From a virus, in the IMG/VR virus record IMGVR_UViG_3300025437_000010, positions 32,001-96,000 of that record: a stretch of DNA of 64,000 nt; one strand, 5' to 3'. Shown here one piece after another: positions 1 to 10,141 of the stretch (within the stretch, counting starts at the first letter, position 1; each line of letters opens with the position of its first letter). Below the pieces are notes generated by a model. The model saw only the letters and a list, made by a program, of their open reading frames with translations. It made no database searches and was not told the origin of the DNA. Both the position numbers and the translations under genes were made by a program.

Positions 1-1046
1 GTGGTCGCGACAATAATACTAATACTATATATCTCAGATATACCAAACAAGTAAGTAATGGGACAGAAGCATTATCTGCCGCTCAAAAATTATATCCAAA
101 AATATTTAATAAAAATAATGTTCAAAATACCACAGTTCAGAGATATAAAATTGATATTGATCCAGATTTAAAACTTTATAGAGTATATTATGGTTACTTG
201 AACACTGACGTTGTTGCCAAGTCTGAACAGGAAGCAGAAAAGTTAGTTAAGATCATTGATGCTAGGCAAATTTCTCAATTTGGTGGTGACCCACGACTTA
301 AGGCTGAAGAACTTGTGTCAGCTACTAAAAGAGCCATGAAAAATATGCTAATCATACAAAATAATAAGTTTGAAGAAGGTAAACATTGGCTTGAAAGTGA
401 CAAAATTTATATTATTAGAGGCAATTTAGAATATGACATACCCATCAAATATATTGCCGCTAAAACAGAGCAAGAAGCCGAAGTGATCGCCAAACTAATG
501 TATCCTCAATTTGATGATGATGCTAATAATTGGTATATTGTTCGTGGTTCGGGCAATATTCTCTATCCAGAAGAATCTGCAACATATAGAAAAGCACAAG
601 AAGAATTAATTAAAAATAATCAAACCAATCGTCAGTCAACAGATGACACGCATGCCACAGATATGTCAGATATTAAAATGTATCGCGTTCATAATATAAT
701 TGGATATGATTATGTAATGGCTAAATCGGAGGAAGAGGCGGAGGCGCTGGCCACTAAGATTAATTATGTAAAATTCCCCGCTGGTTCAGTGACTGCAGTT
801 AGGGCAGAATTAGACCCAAGCAATACCGAGGAATTCGTTAGAAGACAAAATCTTAGATTAGCAAATGCACCTAAACCTTATCATATTATTGACACAAGAA
901 CTAATCAGCCTGTGCCTGATTCTACATTCCCGGTGATTAATGATCATGATGCAGTTTTGAGATTGCGTGATTATGCAAGTTTTGGAAGACATGGTTTATC
1001 ATCAGCCCGAGCGCGCGAAGTGTTTGCGGTTCGTCCAGTGTCTTGA
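1..1046 (+). CDS. 5'-partial protein made of repeated ~50-aa modules (YRV...V.AKSE.EAE.LA)
   Basis: Frame is open from position 3 into the 198..1046 ORF. Modules VVAKSEQEAE, IAAKTEQEAE and VMAKSEEEAE resemble those in the C-terminus of the next gene. Confidence 0.7.
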   Translation, partial: GRDNNTNTIYLRYTKQVSNGTEALSAAQKLYPKIFNKNNVQNTTVQRYKIDIDPDLKLYRVYYGYLNTDVVAKSEQEAEKLVKIIDARQISQFGGDPRLKAEELVSATKRAMKNMLIIQNNKFEEGKHWLESDKIYIIRGNLEYDIPIKYIAAKTEQEAEVIAKLMYPQFDDDANNWYIVRGSGNILYPEESATYRKAQEELIKNNQTNRQSTDDTHATDMSDIKMYRVHNIIGYDYVMAKSEEEAEALATKINYVKFPAGSVTAVRAELDPSNTEEFVRRQNLRLANAPKPYHIIDTRTNQPVPDSTFPVINDHDAVLRLRDYASFGRHGLSSARAREVFAVRPVS

Positions 1047-1052
1047 TAAATA
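1047..1052 (+). promoter_or_regulatory. T4-like late promoter core TAAATA
   Basis: Same hexamer precedes genes at 7227, 13355, 15976, 28194, 29131, 35467, 38662, 60127, 61268, 62297 (+) and 40753, 56700 (-). It resembles T4 TATAAATA. Confidence 0.7.
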
Positions 1053-1072
1053 CTAATTAATATGAGAGCAGT

Positions 1073-3718
1073 ATGAGAGCAAAACAATTTCTTGAACTTT
1101 ACGAAGCACAGCAGCAATTATTTGAAGTGGAAATGTCTCCTTCAAATTTAAGAAAACTTGCCAAAGGCATTGAAGGTGCCAAAGTTGGTATTGAATTTGA
1201 AATGGTTGTTCCAAACGTAAGTATAGAAAACAATGACGATGATGATGATGAAGTGAATTTTCCGGAACCAGAAATGAATAACCTATATGAACCTGCAAGA
1301 AGCATAGATGACATTGTTGAGTTCTTTGATAACCCTGGTTACAATGACTCACGCACAATCACCAGACTTAGAAACATATTAGAGACTAAATACCGAGAAT
1401 GGGCTAAGCAGTTCGTTGATAAACAATGGGACAAGAATGGAAAAGAATATCTTCTAAATTGGATTAGAAAAAATGTTAGCCCAAACAAAATTGCTGATTA
1501 TTTAGATTTACCCGAAGATTTGTTAGGTGATCGCATTCCTTCTAAGGAAGATTATGAAGAAGTAGCGTATGAAGAATGGATGCGCCCCGGCAATGCGGCT
1601 GGACATAATTATTATGATGCGGCATATGAATCATTTCGCGACGGTGATGTATTGCCTAATTATTATTATGATGAAGATGATGAAGACTCTGATCCGGACG
1701 AAAATAAAGAATATATATTTGGTTTTGACAGCGATGATGCCGATGATGCTGATGAAGAAACATTCTTAGAAAGTCTCGGAATCAATGATATGGAAGATGT
1801 GTATCATAACTCATTGAATAGCAATCATGTATTATCATGGCCAAGCTGGACTGATCCACAACCTGAATATAACAGTAGTAGTAGTTCTTCTTCTGGCGGA
1901 TCAGAATCAATACAAGATACCGCATTAGGGTTCATGAAGGCTCTCGGCTATGATTCAATTGCATATTCTACTTCATATCACGGAACATATTATAAATGGG
2001 ACGGTAACGATTGGGAATATTATGGTAATAAAAAACCAAATGATTGTTATGCGGTTGAGCCGGATACCAGCATAACAAAAAAGTCCGATGAGGCAGGTTT
2101 GGAGTTTGTGAGTCCACCACTTCCTCCAGAACAAATTATGGCAGATATTAAAAATATAAAAACATGGGCTAATCGCATTGGAGCCTATACTAATAAATCT
2201 ACTGCCATTCATACTAATGTTAGCGTTCCTAATTATGATATAGGAAAAGTTGACTATGTTAAACTTGCTCTATTATCTGGCGACAAATATGTCTTAGATC
2301 AGTTTGGTCGGACATTTAATGATTATACCAGTTCTTCACTAGATATTATCAAAAATAGATCATCTCGGTTATCTAATGAACAAGTAGAAAAGTTGTTGGA
2401 TAAACTAAAAAACAACGTGGAAGAAATAGCCAGCAATGAAATTCATGGACCATATTCAATGAAAAAAATGGTATCTGTTAATACCGGCGATCCGGCTGGT
2501 TACAATAAGAAAAGCGGTTATGTAGAGTTTCGTGCTCCGGGTGGCGATTGGCTTGGGACTAACTATGAAAAAATTGAGAATACGATTCTAAGATATATCG
2601 TCGCTCTTGATGCTGCCGGTAATCCTGAAAAATACAAACGTGAATATACTAAAGCGTTGTATAAAATACTAAAACCCAAGACTGCCACAGATAACATGAG
2701 TCTATTTGCTCAATATATGGCTGGTAATATTACCAAAGAAGCATTAGTAAGTAAACTTAAGGTTAAGAAAAAACCTTCACAAACAAACGATAAAATTGCT
2801 TCCACACAGTCAGGTGAAGATGAAACTATGTATAGATTCAGCACTCGTGATGGTTCAGTTGCGCCTGCTTATGCATCTGGTTCTGATCCAATGGAAGCAT
2901 TTGATAGATTAACTGCACGTAATGCTGTATGGAGAACTATGCCTATTAGTAATGTTCTTACTCATGTTGCTGAACCCAGTCGAAGACAAACTCCTCCTGA
3001 TGTTCAACAATTATCATCACCTGAACCTGATTCAATACCTGAATTAACCCGTGAATATCAACAGTGGTGTGAGCAACAAGGTCTTCCATATGTGGCAACA
3101 GAATATCAGGACTTTGATGAACTAACCGATGCGCAACGTGATTGGATAATGCGCTTTAATGTTCGCTGGTCGGCTGCAGAAGAAGCGCGTGATGCGCCCC
3201 AACAACAATCATCTTCCGAAAGAAGATTGTATTCAGTAAGAAATACAGACACAGGTGACGTAATGCAAGTTTTTGCAGATAGCCCCCTTAACGCAATGAT
3301 CGGTGCAAGAAGTGAAAATCCCGACTTCCGTAATGCTTCTCTTCATGCAGCAATAACTGCACCTGAACCAGATCAAACTCCCCGCCACACAGAAGGCGAA
3401 TCATTATATCGGGTGACCAATAATAACACTGGTGAGCAAATAACTATTGCCGCAGGTTCATTACAAACTGCATATGGCAGAGCGCAAAGAAACAATCCAT
3501 CATGGCAAGGCTCCATACTGACTGCCCGTCAGATTGGCTCTGATGAAATTAGTCCAGAATCTCCGACATATGATGTGCGTGATACAGCAGGAACAATACA
3601 TACATTACAAATACAAGCCAACAACGCCGATGAAGCCAGAAGAATAGCAAGATTACGTTATCCCGAACTTGACAGTCTTCCGGACACCAGACTTCTTGCA
3701 ACAAGAAGATCATCATAA
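1073..3718 (+). CDS. Putative amidoligase (COOH-NH2 ligase type 2) with acidic insertion and C-terminal repeated modules
   Basis: Motifs GIEFE, EPDTS, GLEFVSPP, STAIHTNVS and VEFR; C-terminal LY.V.N..TG....A.S...A modules. Confidence 0.75.
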   Translation: MRAKQFLELYEAQQQLFEVEMSPSNLRKLAKGIEGAKVGIEFEMVVPNVSIENNDDDDDEVNFPEPEMNNLYEPARSIDDIVEFFDNPGYNDSRTITRLRNILETKYREWAKQFVDKQWDKNGKEYLLNWIRKNVSPNKIADYLDLPEDLLGDRIPSKEDYEEVAYEEWMRPGNAAGHNYYDAAYESFRDGDVLPNYYYDEDDEDSDPDENKEYIFGFDSDDADDADEETFLESLGINDMEDVYHNSLNSNHVLSWPSWTDPQPEYNSSSSSSSGGSESIQDTALGFMKALGYDSIAYSTSYHGTYYKWDGNDWEYYGNKKPNDCYAVEPDTSITKKSDEAGLEFVSPPLPPEQIMADIKNIKTWANRIGAYTNKSTAIHTNVSVPNYDIGKVDYVKLALLSGDKYVLDQFGRTFNDYTSSSLDIIKNRSSRLSNEQVEKLLDKLKNNVEEIASNEIHGPYSMKKMVSVNTGDPAGYNKKSGYVEFRAPGGDWLGTNYEKIENTILRYIVALDAAGNPEKYKREYTKALYKILKPKTATDNMSLFAQYMAGNITKEALVSKLKVKKKPSQTNDKIASTQSGEDETMYRFSTRDGSVAPAYASGSDPMEAFDRLTARNAVWRTMPISNVLTHVAEPSRRQTPPDVQQLSSPEPDSIPELTREYQQWCEQQGLPYVATEYQDFDELTDAQRDWIMRFNVRWSAAEEARDAPQQQSSSERRLYSVRNTDTGDVMQVFADSPLNAMIGARSENPDFRNASLHAAITAPEPDQTPRHTEGESLYRVTNNNTGEQITIAAGSLQTAYGRAQRNNPSWQGSILTARQIGSDEISPESPTYDVRDTAGTIHTLQIQANNADEARRIARLRYPELDSLPDTRLLATRRSS

Positions 3719-5919
3719 TGAGAGCAAATGAATTCATAACAGAGTCATCGGGAGTAAGACTCAAAGATTTAGCCACTGTGAAAACTAATTTTCCGGATGC
3801 CGATTTCTGGCTTCAGCGCAAAGGTAGCGAGAAGTCTGTAGGCACACCAACCAAAGAGTTTTCACCAGAAAATATCGGCATCAAGGTAACGGCTACTGAT
3901 GTTCTTGATGCAAGATATCTGTATTACATGATGCAGCATATTCACAACATTGGATATTGGAAACAGTTTGCGAGTGGTGCATTGAGACTAGTCAATCTTC
4001 CATTACAACATGTTGCCAATCTTCCTCTTGGTATGAATGAATCTTTAAATGAAGATGAAAATGTTCAAATAAAAACTGACCTAACTTATACCGATAGCTA
4101 TCAGGGACAGGCAGACGGATTCATACTTGCATCTGCTAACGGTAAATCACCATGGGCGGATGAAGGAAATGGCTATTGTCCTAATGCAGTTGGTGGATTG
4201 GATTTTAGTATCTACGAAGGCAAGGCATTAATCAAAATGGTGCAGGTTAAGCCCGAATATCAACGCATGGGAATCGGATTGGCTTTAGTAAAAAGACTTG
4301 AACAAGAAGTTGGTAAGGGAAACATTGACTGGGGGATGATGACCGACACCGGAAAAGTATTACATGATAAGTATCAGAATTTAGATGAGGCGTTGCCAAC
4401 TTGGGCTAAAAAAGGTGAGTTTATAATTGAGTCAATCGGACCTGATACGATCTTTAATCAGGTGAAAAAAATTCACCATACCTTCCGAGATATAGAAGAA
4501 GGTGATTTACCTGACCGTATCTATTGGTTTAGTGAGTACAAGAAAAGTGAACTCCCGCTATCACTGCTTTATTTACATGAATTTTTTGTTGATGAGCAAT
4601 TGGTAGATGATTATGTAAAACTAATCCAATCTTCACCCAATACAATGCCGCCTATTGTATATGATCCTATCGCTGGTTCAATCATTGACGGTAATCATAG
4701 AGCCAATGCTTATGCTAAATTAGGCTATGACACTATACCCGCATACGTTGGGTTAACAAAATCTGACAGTTACGGTGAGCGTGAAAACGAAATTGACGAA
4801 GCATTTCCTTCTTGGGCTAAAAAAGGTGCATTGGCAGCAGGCGGCGCGGCTGCATTGGCGGCTGGTGGTGTAGCACTAAGGCATGCACAAGACGATAAGC
4901 CTCAAGTCAGATTTGAACTCCCAAATGCTAAATCAGCAGAGAACGCACTCCGCCAAGATGCAAAAATTCTCGCTCATACTATGTGGGGAGAAGCAAGAGA
5001 CCAAGGCATTGATGGTATGATTGCCATCGGCAACGTCATAAATAATCGTGCCAAGGATACGAAACATGCAAGAATGTTTGGACAAGGCATCAAAAATATT
5101 GCAACCAAACACAAGCAATTTAGTTGCTGGAATCCCAATGATCCAAACTTTAAGTATGCTAAAGAAATGGAAAAAATTGATCACATCGTCAACACAAAGC
5201 GCGCGCCGAACAACGAAGACTTCAATAAATGGTTATCAGAGTTTAAAAATACCGGAGAGTTTCTAGATTATAAAAAATGGCGTAAGAGTTTAGAACTGGC
5301 AACTAAAATTCTGTCTGGTCAACTTCCTGATCCAACTCATGGAGCAGTGTATTATCACACTAAAAACGTTCATCCTGAATGGGCAAAGAGTATGAAAAAA
5401 ATAGGCTCACTTGGTCAGCACGTTTTTTATTCTTTACCTACGGCTATAAAAGAAACTCATGAATTAGACGAATACAAAGTGGACAATGAAAATGGTTTGG
5501 GTCAAGTTCCATACAATGCTAATGTGGATTATATGGGATTACGAGTTTTAATGAAACCGAGTATATTTTTGAAACTTGCTCACAAATTAGAAAATCCCAG
5601 AAGCGTTGATCATATCGTGAATCACATTAAACAAGGTGGCGCATTGGGTTCTCCATTTTTGTCCATAGACATTCCCCGTGAATGGGAAGAGGGCGATTTC
5701 AAACATGATGCCAGAGTAAGCGGACACGAAGGACGCAATCGCATGATGGCTATTCAGCAAGTTGAAGGCGATGATCCAGTTGAAGTTCACCTATTTCCGC
5801 GTGGAGGAATGAGAGCCAGACATCTTACGTCAGAAATTATCAAGCATTTACAAGATAGTATGTTTGGACAAGACGGAAACTATGTGTGTGGAAATTTATT
5901 CCAATTAATGCAAAAATAA
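3718..5919 (+). CDS. Multidomain protein: HsdS-TRD-like fragment, GNAT, ParB/Srx-like, SleB/Hydrolase_2 cell-wall hydrolase, second ParB-like domain
   Basis: VKPEYQRMGIG (GNAT); IIDGNHR (ParB); LAHTMWGEAR...QFSCWN...DPTHGAVYYH...HVFY (SleB); GHEGRNR. Domains are separated by LNE/LDE/IDE linkers. Confidence 0.75.
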   Translation: MRANEFITESSGVRLKDLATVKTNFPDADFWLQRKGSEKSVGTPTKEFSPENIGIKVTATDVLDARYLYYMMQHIHNIGYWKQFASGALRLVNLPLQHVANLPLGMNESLNEDENVQIKTDLTYTDSYQGQADGFILASANGKSPWADEGNGYCPNAVGGLDFSIYEGKALIKMVQVKPEYQRMGIGLALVKRLEQEVGKGNIDWGMMTDTGKVLHDKYQNLDEALPTWAKKGEFIIESIGPDTIFNQVKKIHHTFRDIEEGDLPDRIYWFSEYKKSELPLSLLYLHEFFVDEQLVDDYVKLIQSSPNTMPPIVYDPIAGSIIDGNHRANAYAKLGYDTIPAYVGLTKSDSYGERENEIDEAFPSWAKKGALAAGGAAALAAGGVALRHAQDDKPQVRFELPNAKSAENALRQDAKILAHTMWGEARDQGIDGMIAIGNVINNRAKDTKHARMFGQGIKNIATKHKQFSCWNPNDPNFKYAKEMEKIDHIVNTKRAPNNEDFNKWLSEFKNTGEFLDYKKWRKSLELATKILSGQLPDPTHGAVYYHTKNVHPEWAKSMKKIGSLGQHVFYSLPTAIKETHELDEYKVDNENGLGQVPYNANVDYMGLRVLMKPSIFLKLAHKLENPRSVDHIVNHIKQGGALGSPFLSIDIPREWEEGDFKHDARVSGHEGRNRMMAIQQVEGDDPVEVHLFPRGGMRARHLTSEIIKHLQDSMFGQDGNYVCGNLFQLMQK
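4400..4828 (+). repeat. 18-bp exact direct repeat CTTGGGCTAAAAAAGGTG (4400-4417, 4811-4828) flanking the ParB-like domain
   Basis: Read directly from the sequence. Confidence 0.9.
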
Positions 5920-5922
5920 CTG

Positions 5923-5951
5923 TTGACACGTTTATTCTCCCATCTTATAAG
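5923..5951 (+). promoter_or_regulatory. sigma70-like early promoter TTGACA-N17-TATAAG
   Basis: Consensus and spacing. Similar elements at 13968, 26089, 29448, 43629, 46133, 55926, 56715 and 59556. Confidence 0.7.
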
Positions 5952-5983
5952 TCATCCATCATAAACAAAGAGCGAGATGTAAC

Positions 5984-6334
5984 GTGACTTTCAAACTTAG
6001 TAATTCCGGTGTGGTTGCAGTTGTTACCATGGACCGTCTCGAATCTATTCGCGTGTCCAATATTATTCGTAGGGCAGGTATTCCGCGCGAAACTTATTTC
6101 ACTGGCAACATCAAAAAGCAGATGAAGAAGTCTTCTGATTTGGAAGCAGTGATCCTTGTTCAGGATGGTGCTATCTTCATTAAGGACATGCTTACTGGCA
6201 TTCAGCGTGAGGTCACCGGTGATCTCGTGAAATCTGTGGAATATGTTCTTTATTATGGCTATCATGAAGATGACGTTTGTGTCCGAGACAATGCTTACGA
6301 TTTTGGTGATTTTTCGTTGTATGGCATCGTTTAA
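5984..6334 (+). CDS. Hypothetical protein
   Basis: ORF directly downstream of the promoter. Confidence 0.6.
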   Translation: MTFKLSNSGVVAVVTMDRLESIRVSNIIRRAGIPRETYFTGNIKKQMKKSSDLEAVILVQDGAIFIKDMLTGIQREVTGDLVKSVEYVLYYGYHEDDVCVRDNAYDFGDFSLYGIV

Positions 6335-6370
6335 AATTAAACACTACATGAAACATGAGGAAATTCCATA

Positions 6371-6844
6371 ATGTCTAATAAACCCACTATGACCATTGAC
6401 CAAGATGGACATAAAGAATGGCGTCTGGATGGCAAACTCCATCGCGAAGATGGACCTGCTTTTGAATATGCAGATGGTACTAAGAAATGGTATCTGAATG
6501 GCAAACTCCATCGTGAAGATGGGCCTGCTGTTGAATATACAAATGGCGAGAAGCAATGGTATCTAAATGGAAAACTCCATCGCGAAAATGGACCCGCTAT
6601 TGAATATGCAAATGGCACCAAGATATGGTACCTGAATGGCAAACGCCATCGCGAAGATGGACCTGCTGTTGAATATGCAGATGGTTCCAAGCGTTGGTAT
6701 TTAAATGACAAACGCCATCGCGAAGATGGACCTGCTGTTGAATATGCAGATGGTTCCAAGTGGTGGTATCTAAATGGAGAAAAAATAGATCAATTGGTTT
6801 TCTGGGTTACCACTAAAGAGCGCGAGCAACAGAAAACTTCTTGA
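6371..6844 (+). CDS. 23-aa repeat (WYLNGKLHREDGPA.EYA.G.K.) protein, copy A, 5 repeats
   Basis: 69-bp tandem units; C-terminal DQLVFWVTTKER. Confidence 0.85.
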   Translation: MSNKPTMTIDQDGHKEWRLDGKLHREDGPAFEYADGTKKWYLNGKLHREDGPAVEYTNGEKQWYLNGKLHRENGPAIEYANGTKIWYLNGKRHREDGPAVEYADGSKRWYLNDKRHREDGPAVEYADGSKWWYLNGEKIDQLVFWVTTKEREQQKTS

Positions 6845-6900
6845 CATACGATATCGCACGTATTATAAGCTTTTACACAATTACAAAAGGATATTTCAAA

Positions 6901-7203
6901 ATGGCCAAGACCCTCCAAGAAAACGATGTTGTCAATGATGCTGATAATGATCGCATTCCCGTTCTTCCGATGCAACTTCGCAAAAGCATTGATGTTGGTG
7001 GTAATCGCGAAATCATTTTCCAAGACGGTGACAGGGTAAAGATTCCCCTTCGCACCATTGACGCGTTTTTTGACATTTATAATCGTCTTAAGCCCATTGA
7101 TCGTGAAGCTATGCAAAATAAGGCGAGCAAGAGTGCGATGGACTTTGTTGATGCACTGATTGACTTTGCCCAAAAAGAGAAGATGCCGCGCAGTATCTAC
7201 TGA
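6901..7203 (+). CDS. Hypothetical protein
   Basis: ATG with AAGGA RBS after TTGACA promoter at 6841. Confidence 0.6.
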   Translation: MAKTLQENDVVNDADNDRIPVLPMQLRKSIDVGGNREIIFQDGDRVKIPLRTIDAFFDIYNRLKPIDREAMQNKASKSAMDFVDALIDFAQKEKMPRSIY

Positions 7204-7291
7204 TATTAAAAATTTCCCATAATAGCTAAATAATAGTGCCTTGGTGTAAGAAAAACTTACACTTGGGCATTGTTGTTTAAGGTGAGGATTT

Positions 7292-7573
7292 ATGGGAGAT
7301 ATCTTTAAAGTTATTGGTGACGTAGGATTTCCCATTGCCGCTGCATTTGGTGCCGGATATTTTGTATTCCTAACTCTCAAATTTATTCTTGCAGGAGTTA
7401 CCAGTAGCGTTAAGAACATGGCTGGTATTATTACTGCACTTGATAACCGCGTAAAAACTATGAATCATGATGTCATTCGTATTGACACGGTTGTTTCAAA
7501 CGCGCTTGGGCTAAGTCCTGACGTTGAGCGTATTGGTCGTTCTGACGGAAAAAATGATGCCAGGAGAGATTGA
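7292..7573 (+). CDS. Small membrane protein (GFPI motif, YvrJ/holin-like)
   Basis: GFPIAAAFGAGYFVF transmembrane segment plus coiled coil; paralogue of the next ORF. Confidence 0.65.
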   Translation: MGDIFKVIGDVGFPIAAAFGAGYFVFLTLKFILAGVTSSVKNMAGIITALDNRVKTMNHDVIRIDTVVSNALGLSPDVERIGRSDGKNDARRD

Positions 7574-7660
7574 TAAAAATACACTTAGCAATTAAATAAC
7601 GATCCACTTTACAGTCCATACTCGCAATAAAAAAGATGTATTAAATAAGAAGAAAAATAA

Positions 7661-7999
7661 ATGAGCATAGAAATAGCAGAATTGGTCAACAAGTATGGGT
7701 TTCCTATCATTGCCGCTGGTGGAATGGGCTATTTTGTATTTCATGTATGGGAATGGGCAACTAAAGAAGTTAAACCAGTTCTCAGTGAGACAAATACTGT
7801 CCTGATTGCGTTAATTGATCGTATACGTATGTTGGATAACGATCTAATACGTCTCAATCAAAAAGTCAATACCGTATTGCATTTGCGCGGAAAAACGATT
7901 GAGCATGAACGTGTTGAGGCTGAAAAAATTATTAATCAGCCACGAGTTCGCCATAAAGACACGGAAGAATCTCAAGAAGCAGCATCAGGCAATAGTTAG
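7661..7999 (+). CDS. Small membrane protein (GFPI motif), paralogue of 7292..7573
   Basis: GFPIIAAGGMGYFVF; ALIDRIRMLDNDLIR resembles ALDNRVKTMNHDVIR. Confidence 0.65.
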   Translation: MSIEIAELVNKYGFPIIAAGGMGYFVFHVWEWATKEVKPVLSETNTVLIALIDRIRMLDNDLIRLNQKVNTVLHLRGKTIEHERVEAEKIINQPRVRHKDTEESQEAASGNS

Positions 8000-8007
8000 G
8001 TAAAATA

Positions 8008-8463
8008 ATGAAAACCATAACAACACTAATGCTTTTTGGTATGCTGTTTATGAGTGAAACTGCGCATGCTGATCAAATAGTTCAGCAATTCAAAGACCCA
8101 TCATTCAATGGTATTAACTGGTCTAACCATGTTTTATCAATTGAATCAATAGAGGCGTCCAATAAATCAGCAAATACGAATGCACTTGCATCTGCACAGG
8201 CGGCTGCGGCAAATGCGGCTGCTAACACACCTCTTGCAAAATTTGTGTCTCTATTTGAATCTCAGGTATATTCACAATTGGCAACGCAATTATCAAATAA
8301 TCTGTTTTCAACAAGTGGACCATCATCAAATGCTGGAACATTTAACTTGGCTGGAAATAGTATTAGTTACGTAAAAACAAACAATGATGTTACATTGACT
8401 GTAGTAGATACTTCCGGAAACAAAACTATAGTTACAGTTCCGATAGCAACATTTGCATTTTGA
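8008..8463 (+). CDS. csgF: CsgF-like curli assembly protein
   Basis: Signal peptide (AHA), FKDPSFNG motif, F...ESQVYSQLATQL; adjacent to csgG. Confidence 0.75.
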   Translation: MKTITTLMLFGMLFMSETAHADQIVQQFKDPSFNGINWSNHVLSIESIEASNKSANTNALASAQAAAANAAANTPLAKFVSLFESQVYSQLATQLSNNLFSTSGPSSNAGTFNLAGNSISYVKTNNDVTLTVVDTSGNKTIVTVPIATFAF

Positions 8464-8474
8464 AGGAATAGAGT

Positions 8475-9320
8475 GTGAATAAACAGATTGCTTTACCATT
8501 ATTAATTCTATCAGCTTTATCCCTTTCTGGATGTATTGGTGCTATTAGTCCACGACTAAACAAAGACGTTGAAATCATGCGTGAGAAGGCAAGAATAGAA
8601 GGTTTCGCAAATCCAAAAATATTTGTTAATTTACCTGAATTGGATGGTCCTGCTATTCCTATTGCAGTATATAGTTTTACAGATAAAACTGGCCAACGTA
8701 AAAATTCATCCAGTGTTAGTAGTTTTAGCACGGCAGTTACTCAAGGTGCAGATGCATACTTAGTAAAAACTCTCTCAGATGTAGGAAACGGAAAATGGTT
8801 TAAGCCTGTTGAGCGCGTGGGCATTGAAAGCCTTATAAAAGAGCGTCAGCTTATACGTCAAATGCGTGAATTGGAATTCGGTGATAAGGCACCTCCATTG
8901 CCACCTCTTATGGTGTCAGGTCTTATTATTGAAGGTGGAATTATTGATTATAATAGTGACACCAAAACTGGAGGGAACGGGGTTCGCTACCTTGGTATAG
9001 GTCCGAATACTCAATATAGCCAAGATATGGTTGTCATAAATATGCGTCTCGTGTCTACGCAAACTGGGGAAGTCTTAGATAGCGTAACCGTAACAAAAAC
9101 TATTATCTCAACATCAGAAGGTTTAACTGCATTTAAATTTTTTGATTTAGGAACGCATGCTTTTGAACTTGACGCTCAACAGACAGCGAATGAACCGGGA
9201 AGTTATGCTATTCGTTCAGCAATTGAAGTTGGTGTAGTAGAACTAATCAAACATGGTGAAAAGAAAAAATTATGGCACTATAAAACTAATACGTTACCAA
9301 CCAATAAGGAATTAAAATAA
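8475..9320 (+). CDS. csgG: CsgG-family outer-membrane secretion lipoprotein
   Basis: Lipobox LSGC; AVYSFTDKTGQRK, STAVTQGA, WF..VER.G, ERQLIR, EGGII.Y. Confidence 0.9.
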   Translation: MNKQIALPLLILSALSLSGCIGAISPRLNKDVEIMREKARIEGFANPKIFVNLPELDGPAIPIAVYSFTDKTGQRKNSSSVSSFSTAVTQGADAYLVKTLSDVGNGKWFKPVERVGIESLIKERQLIRQMRELEFGDKAPPLPPLMVSGLIIEGGIIDYNSDTKTGGNGVRYLGIGPNTQYSQDMVVINMRLVSTQTGEVLDSVTVTKTIISTSEGLTAFKFFDLGTHAFELDAQQTANEPGSYAIRSAIEVGVVELIKHGEKKKLWHYKTNTLPTNKELK

Positions 9321-10141
9321 TGAAAGCAATAAAAATAATAAAATACGCATTAATTCTTAGTTCGCTATTTGTATCCGATGCTACATTTGCTCAGTCACTT
9401 ACGGCGGAATCTAATCCAACAAGTGTCCCATCTGCCGTTTTACCAACTCTACCAAATCCTCCTGCAATTATCGCCTCATCTCCTAATGAGCAGGCAGCAT
9501 CTACGTTGGACACAACTAACCAAGTATATATCAACCAGTCAGGATTTAATGTCAATGTTAATATCCAACAAACTGGTGTATCAGACTTGATTGGAAGCCT
9601 ATCATATCCAACTTTTCTACGTGGAGACAATCAAGTATTAACCGTGATTCAGACTGGAAACACAAACAATCTACAGTTAGGAATTATTGGTAACATTGGC
9701 GCAGGTGCCGGAACTACAGCAACTATTCAACAACTCGGCAATGGCAACTATGCTAATATTCAATGCGGAACTGGCAAAAACGATCCAAATTGTAATGGAT
9801 TAAATTTGAATGATAAATTTAATGGTAATTTCAATACTCTTAACTTTCATGGATCAGCCGCAAATATCACTCAAACAGTTGATATTGAAGGTAACAACAA
9901 CTACACTAATATCTTTTCCAACTCTCCAAATTCTTCACAGACATTATTGTTCAATGGTGAAAACAACACAATTAACGTAAATCAGACTGATGCAGGTGGA
10001 AACTATGGTCACAGTTTATTTGCAAATGTCATCGGAAGCAATAATACGCTTACTGTTCAACAATATGGTGCTTCAGAAACCGTAATCAATATTCAAAGCA
10101 CTGGCTCAAATGGCATCTTTAATATTAAAACCGGTCATTAA
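9320..10141 (+). CDS. Secreted curlin-like Q-x-G-x-x-N repeat protein
   Basis: Signal peptide; repeated Q.G..N strands; N/G/Q/T-rich. Confidence 0.65.
   Translation: MKAIKIIKYALILSSLFVSDATFAQSLTAESNPTSVPSAVLPTLPNPPAIIASSPNEQAASTLDTTNQVYINQSGFNVNVNIQQTGVSDLIGSLSYPTFLRGDNQVLTVIQTGNTNNLQLGIIGNIGAGAGTTATIQQLGNGNYANIQCGTGKNDPNCNGLNLNDKFNGNFNTLNFHGSAANITQTVDIEGNNNYTNIFSNSPNSSQTLLFNGENNTINVNQTDAGGNYGHSLFANVIGSNNTLTVQQYGASETVINIQSTGSNGIFNIKTGH

Noticed and set aside
6410-6780. CRISPR array
   Set aside because: The repeats are in-frame 69-bp coding units with synonymous variation and no unique spacers.
7204-7660. tRNA or other structured RNA in the larger intergenic gaps
   Set aside because: No cloverleaf, T-loop or CCA pattern is recognisable here or at 40721-40870.
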